This document shows positions 47,999-56,916 of a stretch of 64,000 bases of DNA, piece after piece (the first letter of the stretch is position 1; each line of letters opens with the position of its first letter). Both the position numbers and the translations under genes were made by a program. This DNA comes from Alphaproteobacteria bacterium. GTDB taxonomy: Bacteria; Pseudomonadota; Alphaproteobacteria; UBA828. Location: NCBI GenBank assembly GCA_965220745.1, contig CBDCQT010000010.1, positions 544,001 to 608,000 of the forward strand, given 5' to 3'. The notes beneath the pieces are model-generated. The model did not search any database. It worked only from the letters and a program-made list of their open reading frames with translations, and was not told the DNA's origin.

Positions 47999-48476
47999 AT
48001 TCCAAACAGTGAACTGGTTTTGTCATGGTTTCTGAGAAGGAAGCGCTGAACTCCAAATAGTCGGCACGGCAATTACCGCCCAAACATGCTCCTGGCTTAA
48101 ATGATAGAATCGAAAAATGCCGATAAAACGTTGTCCCTGACTAACTGCCGCCTCATCCGCCACCACCACCCGCGTTGCCACTGCCAACGCAAATCTTTTT
48201 GTCATCATCTCTGGTGAGATATCGCAATGCTGCTCGCCACAAGTGAAGAATGAGGCGCTCAGCCAACGCAATAAGGAATTTCACCGAGAGCAGATTGTCC
48301 ATTGTTCCCTTATACCCCAATCAAGCATTGGTACCAAGATCACAAGGTCAGTTACGGTGAACGAGGTATTTCTCAGCGCAAGTCGATTGGGGCGAAAACA
48401 TCAGAATGATCTCGGTGTGAACGCTAAGGCTTTGAACCATTGGATATCGCATCGGGCACCGCGCCAGAGCTGAGGC

Positions 48477-49304
48477 TCAGCTTAGGAACGCGTTCACCAC
48501 GTGGTTGAAGCGCTCCGGGTTCTCCATGAACATGAAGTGATTGCCGCCGTCGGCCTCCTCGAAGATTTCCAATTGCGAGCCGGCGATCTGGCGGTGCATC
48601 CATTCCTGCGAGCGCCAGTTGATCAGGCTGACACGGCCGCCGACGATGAGCGCAGGCAGCGTGATGCGGGGGATCAGGTCGCGCCAGTCCTGCGTCGCGT
48701 GATTGAGGAGCAGCGTGGCCGCGTGGCGGCGCGGCATCTTGCGGTTCTGTTCGATGACCCACGCCACCCGCTCCTCTGGAAAGCCGCCGGTGAACATGCC
48801 GCCGATGAAGCCCTTGGTGGTCGCCACGCCTTCTTTCCCCGCGAGGGCGCCGATGGTCTCGTAGAGGCTCGCGCCGTCGAAGATCGCGCCGGCGTCCTGC
48901 TTCTCCTGCTCTGACCACTCGCTGCGCGCGGTGATCGCGGGCATCTGGTCGACGAGGACGAGCCGCTCTAGCCCCGCTTCGCCGAAGAGGTCGATGTAGC
49001 ACCAGATCACGGAACACCCCATGGAGTGGCCGAGCAGGCTCACCCGCTCCAGCCCGAGCGCCTCGATGGCGTTGCGCACGTCCATGGCGAGTCGCTGAAT
49101 CTTGTAGCCGTGCTCAGGCTTGTCGGACTCGCCGTGCCCCCGCATGTCGAAGGCGATGACTCGGCGGCTCGCCGAAAGCCCCTCGGCCTGGGCCTCGAAC
49201 TGCGCGGCGGTCTGCGACCAGCCGGGGATCATGACGAGGGGCGCGCCGCTCCCCTTCTCCACGTAGTGAAGGCGGATTCCGTCATTCGTCGTGACATGCG
49301 GCAT
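48477..49304 (-). CDS. Alpha/beta hydrolase (non-heme haloperoxidase/esterase-like)
   Basis: PGWSQ, DMRGHGES, GHSMG, GNHFMF.E.PE.FN. Confidence 0.9.
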   Translation of the reverse strand: MPHVTTNDGIRLHYVEKGSGAPLVMIPGWSQTAAQFEAQAEGLSASRRVIAFDMRGHGESDKPEHGYKIQRLAMDVRNAIEALGLERVSLLGHSMGCSVIWCYIDLFGEAGLERLVLVDQMPAITARSEWSEQEKQDAGAIFDGASLYETIGALAGKEGVATTKGFIGGMFTGGFPEERVAWVIEQNRKMPRRHAATLLLNHATQDWRDLIPRITLPALIVGGRVSLINWRSQEWMHRQIAGSQLEIFEEADGGNHFMFMENPERFNHVVNAFLS

Positions 49305-49319
49305 GGTTCCGTCTCCTTC

Positions 49320-50525
49320 TCAAGCCGCCGGCCGCGCCGATGCGCCGAGCCGCTCGCGGCGGGGTAAGCAGGCGTAGAATAGCGCGCCCAGGAACGCGAG
49401 CACGGCGATCAGAATGACTGCGCTGCCGTAGTGTTGATCGGCATCGTAGATCGCCCCTGCGGAGAACGGCCCGAGCAGGCCGCCCAGGCCGTAAGCGAGG
49501 GCGATGCGGCCGAAAACCCGCGGCAGCGCCGCCGCCCCGTAATAGCCTGCGATGGTCACGGGGTGGGCGCTCGCGAGCACGCCGAAGGCCAAGCCGACTG
49601 CGGCGATGGCGGTGAGCCCCATGACGACGCCGGGCGCGAAGAAGAGCGCCAGCAGAAACACCCCCATGACGAGCCCGACGCCCACGAGCACACGCCGGCC
49701 CGTCAACGCATCGACGAGCAGGCCGCCGACCAGCCCGCCGACCACGTAGCCGGCGCTACTCAGCATCGGTGCGAACTGGGTATCGCCCGCGGACCCACCC
49801 CACGAGGCCAACATCGTCGCCGCGTGACCGATGACCACGAGCGCCGTGAAGGCGATGCAGAGAAAACCGAGAAAGATCACGATTACCACGCGGGGCCGGT
49901 CGGTCAGTATGTCCTGGAAAAGCCCGGTCGCGCCGGTCGCCGGCGGTGTCTTGCGGGAGAGCGCGATGAGCGCGGCCGCGATCGCGATGGCCAGGAAATT
50001 TATCGCAGCCGTCACACCGAAGGTCGCCTCCGGCCCCATCGCAGCCATCAGGATGGCAAGACCGGGTGACCAGGCGATGCCGCCCATGGCGACCGCCGAC
50101 ATGTTGATGCTCATGGCGATGCTGGGTCTCACCGGCCCGTCGATGCTCGCCGCGGTCATCGCGACGAAATAGACAACGCCGACGGCAAAGCCGAAGAATA
50201 CCCCGTAGCCGACATAGAGTGCCGCGACCGATTGGCCGAAGCCCGCGAGCGCGAACCCGGCCGCCGTCACCGCCGCCATGACCAGGGTGAGCTGCGGGAG
50301 CGTGAACCAGTGCAGCAGCCGGTGCATCACGAAGCAGCCGATCGTCGCGGTGAACAGGCAAAGCGACTGCGCGCCGCTCACCGTCGCGCGGTCGGCGCCG
50401 AGCTCGGTTTCGAGCGGCGCCACGAAGACGCTCCACGCGTAGAGGATCCCGGTCGAGAGGTTGATCAGGACCCCCGCAGCGAGCGGAAAGTATGGGCGCA
50501 GCGCCGCACCCAGTCGCGATTCCAT
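49320..50525 (-). CDS. MFS transporter (OFA/monocarboxylate-like)
   Basis: GILYAWSVF, LYVGYGV, about 12 transmembrane segments, GLLVDALTGR. Confidence 0.85.
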   Translation of the reverse strand: MESRLGAALRPYFPLAAGVLINLSTGILYAWSVFVAPLETELGADRATVSGAQSLCLFTATIGCFVMHRLLHWFTLPQLTLVMAAVTAAGFALAGFGQSVAALYVGYGVFFGFAVGVVYFVAMTAASIDGPVRPSIAMSINMSAVAMGGIAWSPGLAILMAAMGPEATFGVTAAINFLAIAIAAALIALSRKTPPATGATGLFQDILTDRPRVVIVIFLGFLCIAFTALVVIGHAATMLASWGGSAGDTQFAPMLSSAGYVVGGLVGGLLVDALTGRRVLVGVGLVMGVFLLALFFAPGVVMGLTAIAAVGLAFGVLASAHPVTIAGYYGAAALPRVFGRIALAYGLGGLLGPFSAGAIYDADQHYGSAVILIAVLAFLGALFYACLPRRERLGASARPAA

Positions 50526-50581
50526 CGGCGCTCCACGGTTGGATGCGCCACGGTGGCTCGAATGGGTGGCGCGCGGTCAGC

Positions 50582-51025
50582 CTATGGGTGGCGATCCGGC
50601 CCGTCCAGAGGTGGACTCGCCGCGTCGGAATTTGCCTGCGCCCGCCGGCGGAGCCAGATCACGGCAATCCAGACCGGGAGGCTCAATACCAAGGCGACGA
50701 TGGCGATGCCCGGCGGGCCGAACAGACCGGCGGGGAGCGACGCCGCCACCGTGGCAACCCCGAGGACGATGCCCGCAATCCACGCCGCGCGCGCGTACCC
50801 GAGCCGCCCCAGCCGCCGGCAAGCCCATGCCAGCGGCAGGCCGCAGACCGCGGCCACGATCAGCGACGGCACGGCCATGAGCGTCGCCGTCGCCTCCTCT
50901 CCGGGCGCCATCGAAGTCGGGCCGAAGCGGATCGCGGCCGACGCCAGCACGCCCGCCGGCAGCCAGAGCAGCGCCGCGGCATAGAAGGAGGCTTGCGACC
51001 GCGGGCGCGGGGAGAGATCCGCCAT
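50582..51025 (-). CDS. Hypothetical membrane protein
   Basis: 147 aa, about four hydrophobic segments, co-directional after the cytochrome c gene. Confidence 0.6.
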   Translation of the reverse strand: MADLSPRPRSQASFYAAALLWLPAGVLASAAIRFGPTSMAPGEEATATLMAVPSLIVAAVCGLPLAWACRRLGRLGYARAAWIAGIVLGVATVAASLPAGLFGPPGIAIVALVLSLPVWIAVIWLRRRAQANSDAASPPLDGPDRHP

Positions 51026-51033
51026 TTCAGCGT

Positions 51034-51495
51034 CTATTCCCGCGGTAGGGACTCGGCTTCGTGCCGCGTCATGTCCTCCTGGTGATTGCGCAAGGGCTCA
51101 GGCCAGGTGCTCTTGATGAAGGCGAGGACATCGCGGATTTCGTCGTCAGTGAGAATCTCGGCGAAACCCGGCATACCGCTTTCGAAGTTGGTGATCCCGC
51201 GCGCCGCCAGCAACCCCTCGCCGCCCAGCTTCGTATAGTCGAAGAGCATCCGGTCGCCGTGATGCCAGGTGTGGCCGGTCTCGTCATGGGGCGGGGCAGG
51301 ATAGAGCCCGTCGGCGCCCTGCCTTCGCCAGTCCGGCGCGCCTTCGAGGTTCTTGCCGTGGCACGAGGCGCAGTGTTCGGCGTAGAGCGCGGCGCCCTGC
51401 GCGAGATCGTCCGATGCCAGGGTAGCCTGCCCGACCAGCAGCCAACCGGCGATGGCCCCGATCGCCGCGACGATTGCTCGTGCTGTCAACCGCAC
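51034..51495 (-). CDS. Periplasmic monoheme cytochrome c (copper-cluster associated)
   Basis: Signal peptide, CASCH, PAPPHDETGHTWHH, MPGF. Confidence 0.88.
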   Translation of the reverse strand: MRLTARAIVAAIGAIAGWLLVGQATLASDDLAQGAALYAEHCASCHGKNLEGAPDWRRQGADGLYPAPPHDETGHTWHHGDRMLFDYTKLGGEGLLAARGITNFESGMPGFAEILTDDEIRDVLAFIKSTWPEPLRNHQEDMTRHEAESLPRE

Positions 51496-51502
51496 GCCGC
51501 CC

Positions 51503-53809
51503 TCAGACCCGCGCCGCGCGGAGGCGGAGCGCATTGCCGATGACCGAGACCGAGGAGAGGCTCATCACGGCGGCGGCGATCATCGGCGAGAGCAAGATGC
51601 CGAACGGGGGAAACAGCACGCCCGCGGCAATGGGGATGGCGGCGGCGTTATAGACGAAGGCGAGGAAGAGGTTCTGGCGCACGTTGCCCATGGTCGCCCG
51701 TGCCAGCCTGCGGGCGCGAACGATGCCGCGCAGGTCGCCCTTGACCAGGGTGATGCCGGCGCTCTCCATCGCGATGTCGGCGCCGGTGCCCAAGGCGATG
51801 CCGACATCGGCCAGGGCCAGCGCCGGCGCGTCGTTCACCCCGTCGCCGGCCATGGCGACGGTCCGGCCCTGTTGGCGGAACTGCTCGACCAGCGCGCCCT
51901 TCTCTTCCGGCCCGAGCGCGGCGTGCACCTCTTCGATGCCGAGCGCGGCGGCGACGATCCCGGCGACGCGCGGGCTGTCGCCGGTCGCCATGACGACGCG
52001 CAGGCCCATCGCCTCCAGGGCGCGCAGGGCCTCGGGCGCGGTCTCCCGCACCGTGTCGGCGACCCCGATAACGCCTGCGAGCACGCCGTCCACCGCGACG
52101 TACATCGCGGTCTTGCCGGCATCCTCCAACGCTTCTGCCTCGTCTGCTTGTTCGCCGAGCGGGATATCCAGTGCTTTCATCATGGCGGCATTGCCGAGTG
52201 CGACCCCGCGGCCCTCGACTTGCCCGTGCACGCCCCGGCCGGCCACGGACTCCACGTCGCTTGCCGCAAGATAGGGCGCGCCTGCCGCGTCTGCCGCCTC
52301 GACGACCGCTTCGGCGAGGGGGTGCTGGGCACTTCGTTCGAGCGCTGCCGCGAGCGCGAGCAGCCTCGTCCGATCGACGGCGCCCACCGGGATCACATCG
52401 GTCACGGCGGGCCGGCCTTCGGTGAGCGTGCCGGTCTTGTCGACGACGAGCAGGTCCGCCTTGGCGAGACGCTCCAGCGCCTCGGCGTCGCGCACCAGCA
52501 CGCCGGCCTGGGCGCCGCGCCCGGCGGCCACCATGATCGACATCGGCGTCGCCAGCCCGAGCGCGCAGGGGCAAGCGATGATCAGCACGCTCACGGCTGC
52601 GGTCAGGGCGTAGGCCAGCGCAGGCGAGGGTCCGGCCACCGCCCAGCCGATCGCTGCCAGCACGGCGACGGCGACCACGGCCGGCACGAAGACGCCGGCG
52701 ACCCGGTCCGCCAGCGCCTGGATCGGCGCGCGGCTGCGCTGCGCCTTTGCCACGAGGGCGACGATACGGGCGAGCGTGGTTTCCGCACCGACGCGCTCCG
52801 CCCGCATCACCAGGCTGCCGGACCTGGCGAGCGTGCCGCCGGTGAGCGGATCGCCGGGCCCTTTCTCCACCGGGATCGGCTCGCCGGTAATCATGCTTTC
52901 GTCGAGGGTGGCGCGGCCCTCTGTCACCACGCCATCCACGGGCACGCTCTCGCCAGGCCGCACGCGGAGCCGATCGCCGACGCGAACGGCGTCGAGCGGC
53001 ACGTCGGATTCGCCCCCGTCATCCAATCGGCGTGCCGTCTTCGGTGCGAGACCCATGAGCGCGCGGATCGCATCGCCCGTCCGCTCACGGGCAACTGTTT
53101 CCATCACCTGACCGACCAGCACGAGCACGAGGATTACGGCGGCGGCCTCGAAGTAGGCCGGCGGCTGCCCGCCTGCGGTGAGAACCGCTTCGGGGAAGAT
53201 GCCGGGCGCGAGCAGGCCGGCCAGGCTGAAGAGCCAGGCGGCGCCGGTGCCGAGCGCAATCAGCGTCCACATGTTGGGCGAGCGATTGCGAACCGAGGCG
53301 AGGCCGCGCAAGAAGAACGCGCGTGCGATCCAGAGCACAGGGGTAGCGAGCAGGAACTGGAGGGCGACAAGGACGCGCGGCCCGATCCAGGAGTCGAAGG
53401 GGATGCCGGCGTGGCTCCCCATCTCCAACGCGAACACGGCGGCCGCGAGCGGTGCGGCGAGCCAGAGGCGGCGGCGCAGGTCGCGCAGCTCGGGCGATGG
53501 CCCCTCCTCGGCCGCAGGCATCATCGGCTCGAGCGCCATGCCGCAGATCGGGCAATCGCCCGGCGTGGGTTGCACGATCTCGGGGTCCATCGGGCAGGTA
53601 TAGAGGCTGCCCTCGGGCGCGGGCTCCGGTGCCGGGCGTTCGCCGAGGAAATCCTCGGGCGCCGCGGCAAAGCGCTCCCGACACCGGGCGCAGCAGAAAT
53701 AGAACGTCTGCCCCTCGTGCCGCACCGTGTGGCGCGCGCCAGCGCACTCCACACTCATCCCGCAAACGGGATCGCGCGCCGTCTCCTCGACTGTCGCTAC
53801 CGGTTCCAC
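51503..53809 (-). CDS. copA: Cu(I)-translocating P1B-type ATPase with YHS/TRASH and heavy-metal-binding domains
   Basis: DPVCGM..FCCARC, YTCPMDP..CPICGM, TGE, CPC, DKTGT, HP, GDGVND, YN..MSLSS. Confidence 0.94.
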   Translation of the reverse strand: MEPVATVEETARDPVCGMSVECAGARHTVRHEGQTFYFCCARCRERFAAAPEDFLGERPAPEPAPEGSLYTCPMDPEIVQPTPGDCPICGMALEPMMPAAEEGPSPELRDLRRRLWLAAPLAAAVFALEMGSHAGIPFDSWIGPRVLVALQFLLATPVLWIARAFFLRGLASVRNRSPNMWTLIALGTGAAWLFSLAGLLAPGIFPEAVLTAGGQPPAYFEAAAVILVLVLVGQVMETVARERTGDAIRALMGLAPKTARRLDDGGESDVPLDAVRVGDRLRVRPGESVPVDGVVTEGRATLDESMITGEPIPVEKGPGDPLTGGTLARSGSLVMRAERVGAETTLARIVALVAKAQRSRAPIQALADRVAGVFVPAVVAVAVLAAIGWAVAGPSPALAYALTAAVSVLIIACPCALGLATPMSIMVAAGRGAQAGVLVRDAEALERLAKADLLVVDKTGTLTEGRPAVTDVIPVGAVDRTRLLALAAALERSAQHPLAEAVVEAADAAGAPYLAASDVESVAGRGVHGQVEGRGVALGNAAMMKALDIPLGEQADEAEALEDAGKTAMYVAVDGVLAGVIGVADTVRETAPEALRALEAMGLRVVMATGDSPRVAGIVAAALGIEEVHAALGPEEKGALVEQFRQQGRTVAMAGDGVNDAPALALADVGIALGTGADIAMESAGITLVKGDLRGIVRARRLARATMGNVRQNLFLAFVYNAAAIPIAAGVLFPPFGILLSPMIAAAVMSLSSVSVIGNALRLRAARV

Positions 53810-53840
53810 CGCAAACCCCTTGTGGACTTCGTCACTCAGG

Positions 53841-53871
53841 AATGTAGGGTTTCCAGTAACTGGAAGGTCAA
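53841..53871 (-). promoter_or_regulatory. CueR-dependent copA promoter
   Basis: TTGACC-19 nt-TACATT with dyad ACCTTCC-N7-GGAAACC. Confidence 0.88.
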
Positions 53872-53883
53872 GGAGCGCGGCTC

Positions 53884-53914
53884 TTGACCTTCCCGCAGCA
53901 GGAACCTTTATGAG
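53884..53914 (+). promoter_or_regulatory. Second CueR-box promoter upstream of cueR and the cytochrome c gene
   Basis: TTGACC followed by dyad ACCTTCC-N7-GGAACCT; weaker -10. Confidence 0.7.
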
Positions 53915-53930
53915 TGTCGCGGAGGTGGCC

Positions 53931-54335
53931 ATGAAGATAGCCGACGTCGCGCAAGCGAGCGGGCTCTCGGCAAAGACGATCCGCTACTACGAGGACATCG
54001 GCTTGGTGCGGCCGGCGCGGGGCACGAACGGCTACCGCGCGTTCGTCGAAACCGACGTGCACAAGCTGACCTTCCTCGCCCGCGCACGCTCCCTCGGGTT
54101 CTCGATCGAGGAGTGCCGCACGCTGCTTTCGCTCTACGAGGACCGCGCGCGTGCCAGCGCCGATGTCAAAGCGCTGGCCGAGGCCCATCTGCGCCGCATC
54201 GACCGCAAGATCGCCGAGCTCGAAGGGCTGCGCGGTACGCTCGCAACCCTCGTAGCGCGCTGCCACGGCGACGAGCGGCCCGACTGCCCCATTCTCGACG
54301 ACCTCGCAGGCCCGTCTGCGGGAGACACACAATGA
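53931..54335 (+). CDS. cueR: Cu(I)-responsive MerR-family regulator
   Basis: KTIRYYEDIGL, RARSLGFS, CHGDERPDCPIL. Confidence 0.95.
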   Translation: MKIADVAQASGLSAKTIRYYEDIGLVRPARGTNGYRAFVETDVHKLTFLARARSLGFSIEECRTLLSLYEDRARASADVKALAEAHLRRIDRKIAELEGLRGTLATLVARCHGDERPDCPILDDLAGPSAGDTQ

Positions 54336-54814
54336 AGAAAAGACCCAATCCTCGCCGACCTCGCGGGTCCGCTTCCTCAAGCCGAACCAAGAGGAAGAAG
54401 CTGACGGACAGGCTCTACCTCGTCGTCATCGCGGCCGCGGTGGTGGTGGGCGTGGTGGGGTGGCTGCAATGGTTCGACGACGACCACGCGCAGCACGGCG
54501 ACGGACGTGCGGCACTGACCATCCCGGCCTTCACTGCCGAGGCGGAGGCCGGCCACGCGTTGTTCGAGGAGAACTGCGTGACCTGTCACGGCACCCACGC
54601 GACGGGGTCGGACCAGGGGCCGCCGCTGGTCCACCGAATCTACGAGCCCAATCACCACGGCGACATGTCGTTCCGCCTGGCTGCACGGCAGGGCGTTCGC
54701 GCCCACCACTGGAACTTCGGCGACATGCCGCCGGTCGAGAGCGTCTCGGACGGGGACGTCATCAAGATCACGCGCTACGTGCGCGAGTTGCAGAAGGCCA
54801 ACGGCATCTTCTAG
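54332..54814 (+). CDS. Membrane-anchored His-rich monoheme cytochrome c
   Basis: TM anchor, CVTCH, GPPLVHRIYEPNHHGD, HHWNFGDMPP; ATGA overlap with cueR. Confidence 0.88.
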   Translation: MKKRPNPRRPRGSASSSRTKRKKLTDRLYLVVIAAAVVVGVVGWLQWFDDDHAQHGDGRAALTIPAFTAEAEAGHALFEENCVTCHGTHATGSDQGPPLVHRIYEPNHHGDMSFRLAARQGVRAHHWNFGDMPPVESVSDGDVIKITRYVRELQKANGIF

Positions 54815-55078
54815 CCCGCCTTTCTCACCAAGGTCATGGTCTGCGCGGCGCCGTCCGGCCGACAGGGTAGGAGAGGCGTGCAGCGCGATGCGGGGACATC
54901 GGGCAAACGCCTCGACGCACACTGTCGGCTGGAGAGCGCCGCCCTTCGGGTCGCGCCCAGGCGCCCGCCCGCGGCGTCGCGGGCCTCAACCGTATTCCCT
55001 GATACGCTTTTCGGCCCGCTCCTGGCGGATCGAACGCCTGGGCGCGACGCAGGCCGTGACCTTGGTGAGAAATGCGGG
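54815..55078. mobile_element. MITE (264 bp) with ~30-bp TIRs and CTAG target duplication
   Basis: Left CCCGCCTTTCTCACCAAGGTCATGGTCTGCG; right (reverse complement) CCCGCATTTCTCACCAAGGTCACGGCCTGCG; CTAG at 54811-54814 and 55079-55082; no credible ORF. Confidence 0.82.
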
Positions 55079-55197
55079 CTAGAGCCGGTACAGGGCGAGT
55101 GCTTTTTTCGCGACGCGACAGGGACCAGACAGTCGAACTCGGGCCGGCGGTGATAACATTCATCTGGTGCAAAGATGCTAACGACGAGGACAGGACA

Positions 55198-55710
55198 ATG
55201 ACGAAGCTGATTGCAGTCACCATTCTTGTGGCCGGCATGGCATTGGCCGCGACGTCCCAGATGGCGAGCGCGGCAGATCAGGCGAGTGCCGCGATGAAGA
55301 ACGCAGCCGGGGACTCCGTAGGCGCGGTCACACTGCGTGAGACGCCGCAGGGCACGCTGTTGCACGCGAAGTTGGAGAACCTCCCGGCCGGCGCTCACGC
55401 CTTCCATATCCACGCTGTCGGCAAGTGCGAGCCCCCCTTCAAGTCGGCGGGCGGTCACTTCAATCCGACGGGCGCGAAGCACGGGATTGACAATGCCGAG
55501 GGGATGCACGTGGGCGATATGCCCAACATCCACGTGCCGGAGTCGGGCGCGCTGGAAATCGAGGTGCTGAACACGCAGTTGCGGCTGGATGCCTCGCTCT
55601 TCGACGAGGACGGCGCGGCGATCGTGATTCACGACGGCCCCGATGACTACGTGTCCGATCCTGCGGGCGCGGCCGGGCCACGCATCGCCTGCGGCGTCAT
55701 CACCCAGTAG
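55198..55710 (+). CDS. sodC: Periplasmic Cu/Zn superoxide dismutase
   Basis: Signal peptide; HAFHIH, GGHFNP, KHG, HVGDMPN, IVIH, GPRIACG (all metal ligands present). Confidence 0.93.
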   Translation: MTKLIAVTILVAGMALAATSQMASAADQASAAMKNAAGDSVGAVTLRETPQGTLLHAKLENLPAGAHAFHIHAVGKCEPPFKSAGGHFNPTGAKHGIDNAEGMHVGDMPNIHVPESGALEIEVLNTQLRLDASLFDEDGAAIVIHDGPDDYVSDPAGAAGPRIACGVITQ

Positions 55711-55815
55711 CGCTGCCCGAGAGTCGCGGAGAGTCAACGCACGGGCCCGGCGGCCCGGCGCCGCGGCCCTTCGCGCCGCTTGTGGTGTACACGCTGGGTC
55801 CGTTAGGACTCGGGC

Positions 55816-56892
55816 ATGAGCGAACGGGGTAATCCGGCCTTCGGCTTCACCGTGGGCCCGGTGATGCCGGCGGAGCAGGATGGCGCCGCCGGCGACCGGC
55901 AGCGCTACCGCGAGATGCTGGACGACTGTCGTTTCGGGCAGGCACTCGGTTTCGGCAGCGTCTGGGTGCTGGAGCACCACTTTACCGACTACTACCCCTC
56001 GCCCTCGCCGCTGCTCTTCCTGAGCCACGTGGCGGCGGCCTGCCCTGGCTTGGGGTTAGGCACCGCCGTCATCGTGCTGCCCTGGTACGAGCCGGTGCGG
56101 TTCGCCGAAGACCTGGCGATGCTGAGCTTGATGACCGACGCCGACCTGCATATCGGCCTCGGTCGCGGCGTGGCCCGGATCGAGTATGACGCGCGCGCCA
56201 TCGACATGGCGCACTCGCGCGAGCTCTTCCGCGAGCACTGCGAGATCGCCAAGGGGCTGCTTGACGGCGACCCCTTCCGCTACGAGGGCGCCCACGCCAC
56301 CATCCCGCGCGAGGTGTCGCCCCGACCGGGGCCGGCGCGCGATCGCATCCACCTCTACGGCGCCTGCAACAATCCCGGCACCGCCGAGCGCATGGCGGAG
56401 ATGGGCCTCGGTCTGCTCTGCACCTCGGCTTCGCCCTTCCAGCTGAACACCGACGCCATCGCCGCGTGGAAGGCGATCACCGCAGCGAAGGGCGGGCAGG
56501 CCGACGCCAACATCCCCCTCTGGGTCCACTGCTTCATCGCCGACAGCGAAGAGGAGGCGCGTGACGAGGCGATCACCTATCTCGTGGCCTTCTTCCGCGC
56601 GGTGGTCCAGCACTACGAAACCCACGCCAACCCGTGGAAGGATGTGCCGACCTACGAGCGCAACGTGCAGCAGATGGAGCGGATGGAGGCGATGGCCGAT
56701 CCCGCCAACCTGCCGCCTTTCCTCGAACACCAGCTGGTCGGCACGCCCGAGCAGGTGGCGGCCCAGGTGCGGCGCTACCGCGAGATCGGGATTACCCAGT
56801 TCGCCATCAACACGGCGCAGCCCAGCCGGCCCGCCGAAAGCCGCCATCGCTCGATGGAACGCTTCGCCCGCGAGGTGATCCCGCTGGTGTAA
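55816..56892 (+). CDS. Luciferase-like (LLM class) monooxygenase
   Basis: GFGSVWVLEHHF, PSP, LGTAVIVLPW..PVRFAE, GLGRG, LVGTPEQV. Confidence 0.9.
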   Translation: MSERGNPAFGFTVGPVMPAEQDGAAGDRQRYREMLDDCRFGQALGFGSVWVLEHHFTDYYPSPSPLLFLSHVAAACPGLGLGTAVIVLPWYEPVRFAEDLAMLSLMTDADLHIGLGRGVARIEYDARAIDMAHSRELFREHCEIAKGLLDGDPFRYEGAHATIPREVSPRPGPARDRIHLYGACNNPGTAERMAEMGLGLLCTSASPFQLNTDAIAAWKAITAAKGGQADANIPLWVHCFIADSEEEARDEAITYLVAFFRAVVQHYETHANPWKDVPTYERNVQQMERMEAMADPANLPPFLEHQLVGTPEQVAAQVRRYREIGITQFAINTAQPSRPAESRHRSMERFAREVIPLV

Positions 56893-56916
56893 CCACTCCG
56901 TTTGTGAGGGACGGCG

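Noticed and set aside
48023-48473. Short ORFs of 82 and 76 aa in the AT-rich insert
   Set aside because: No RBS, motif or host-like codon usage; not called as genes
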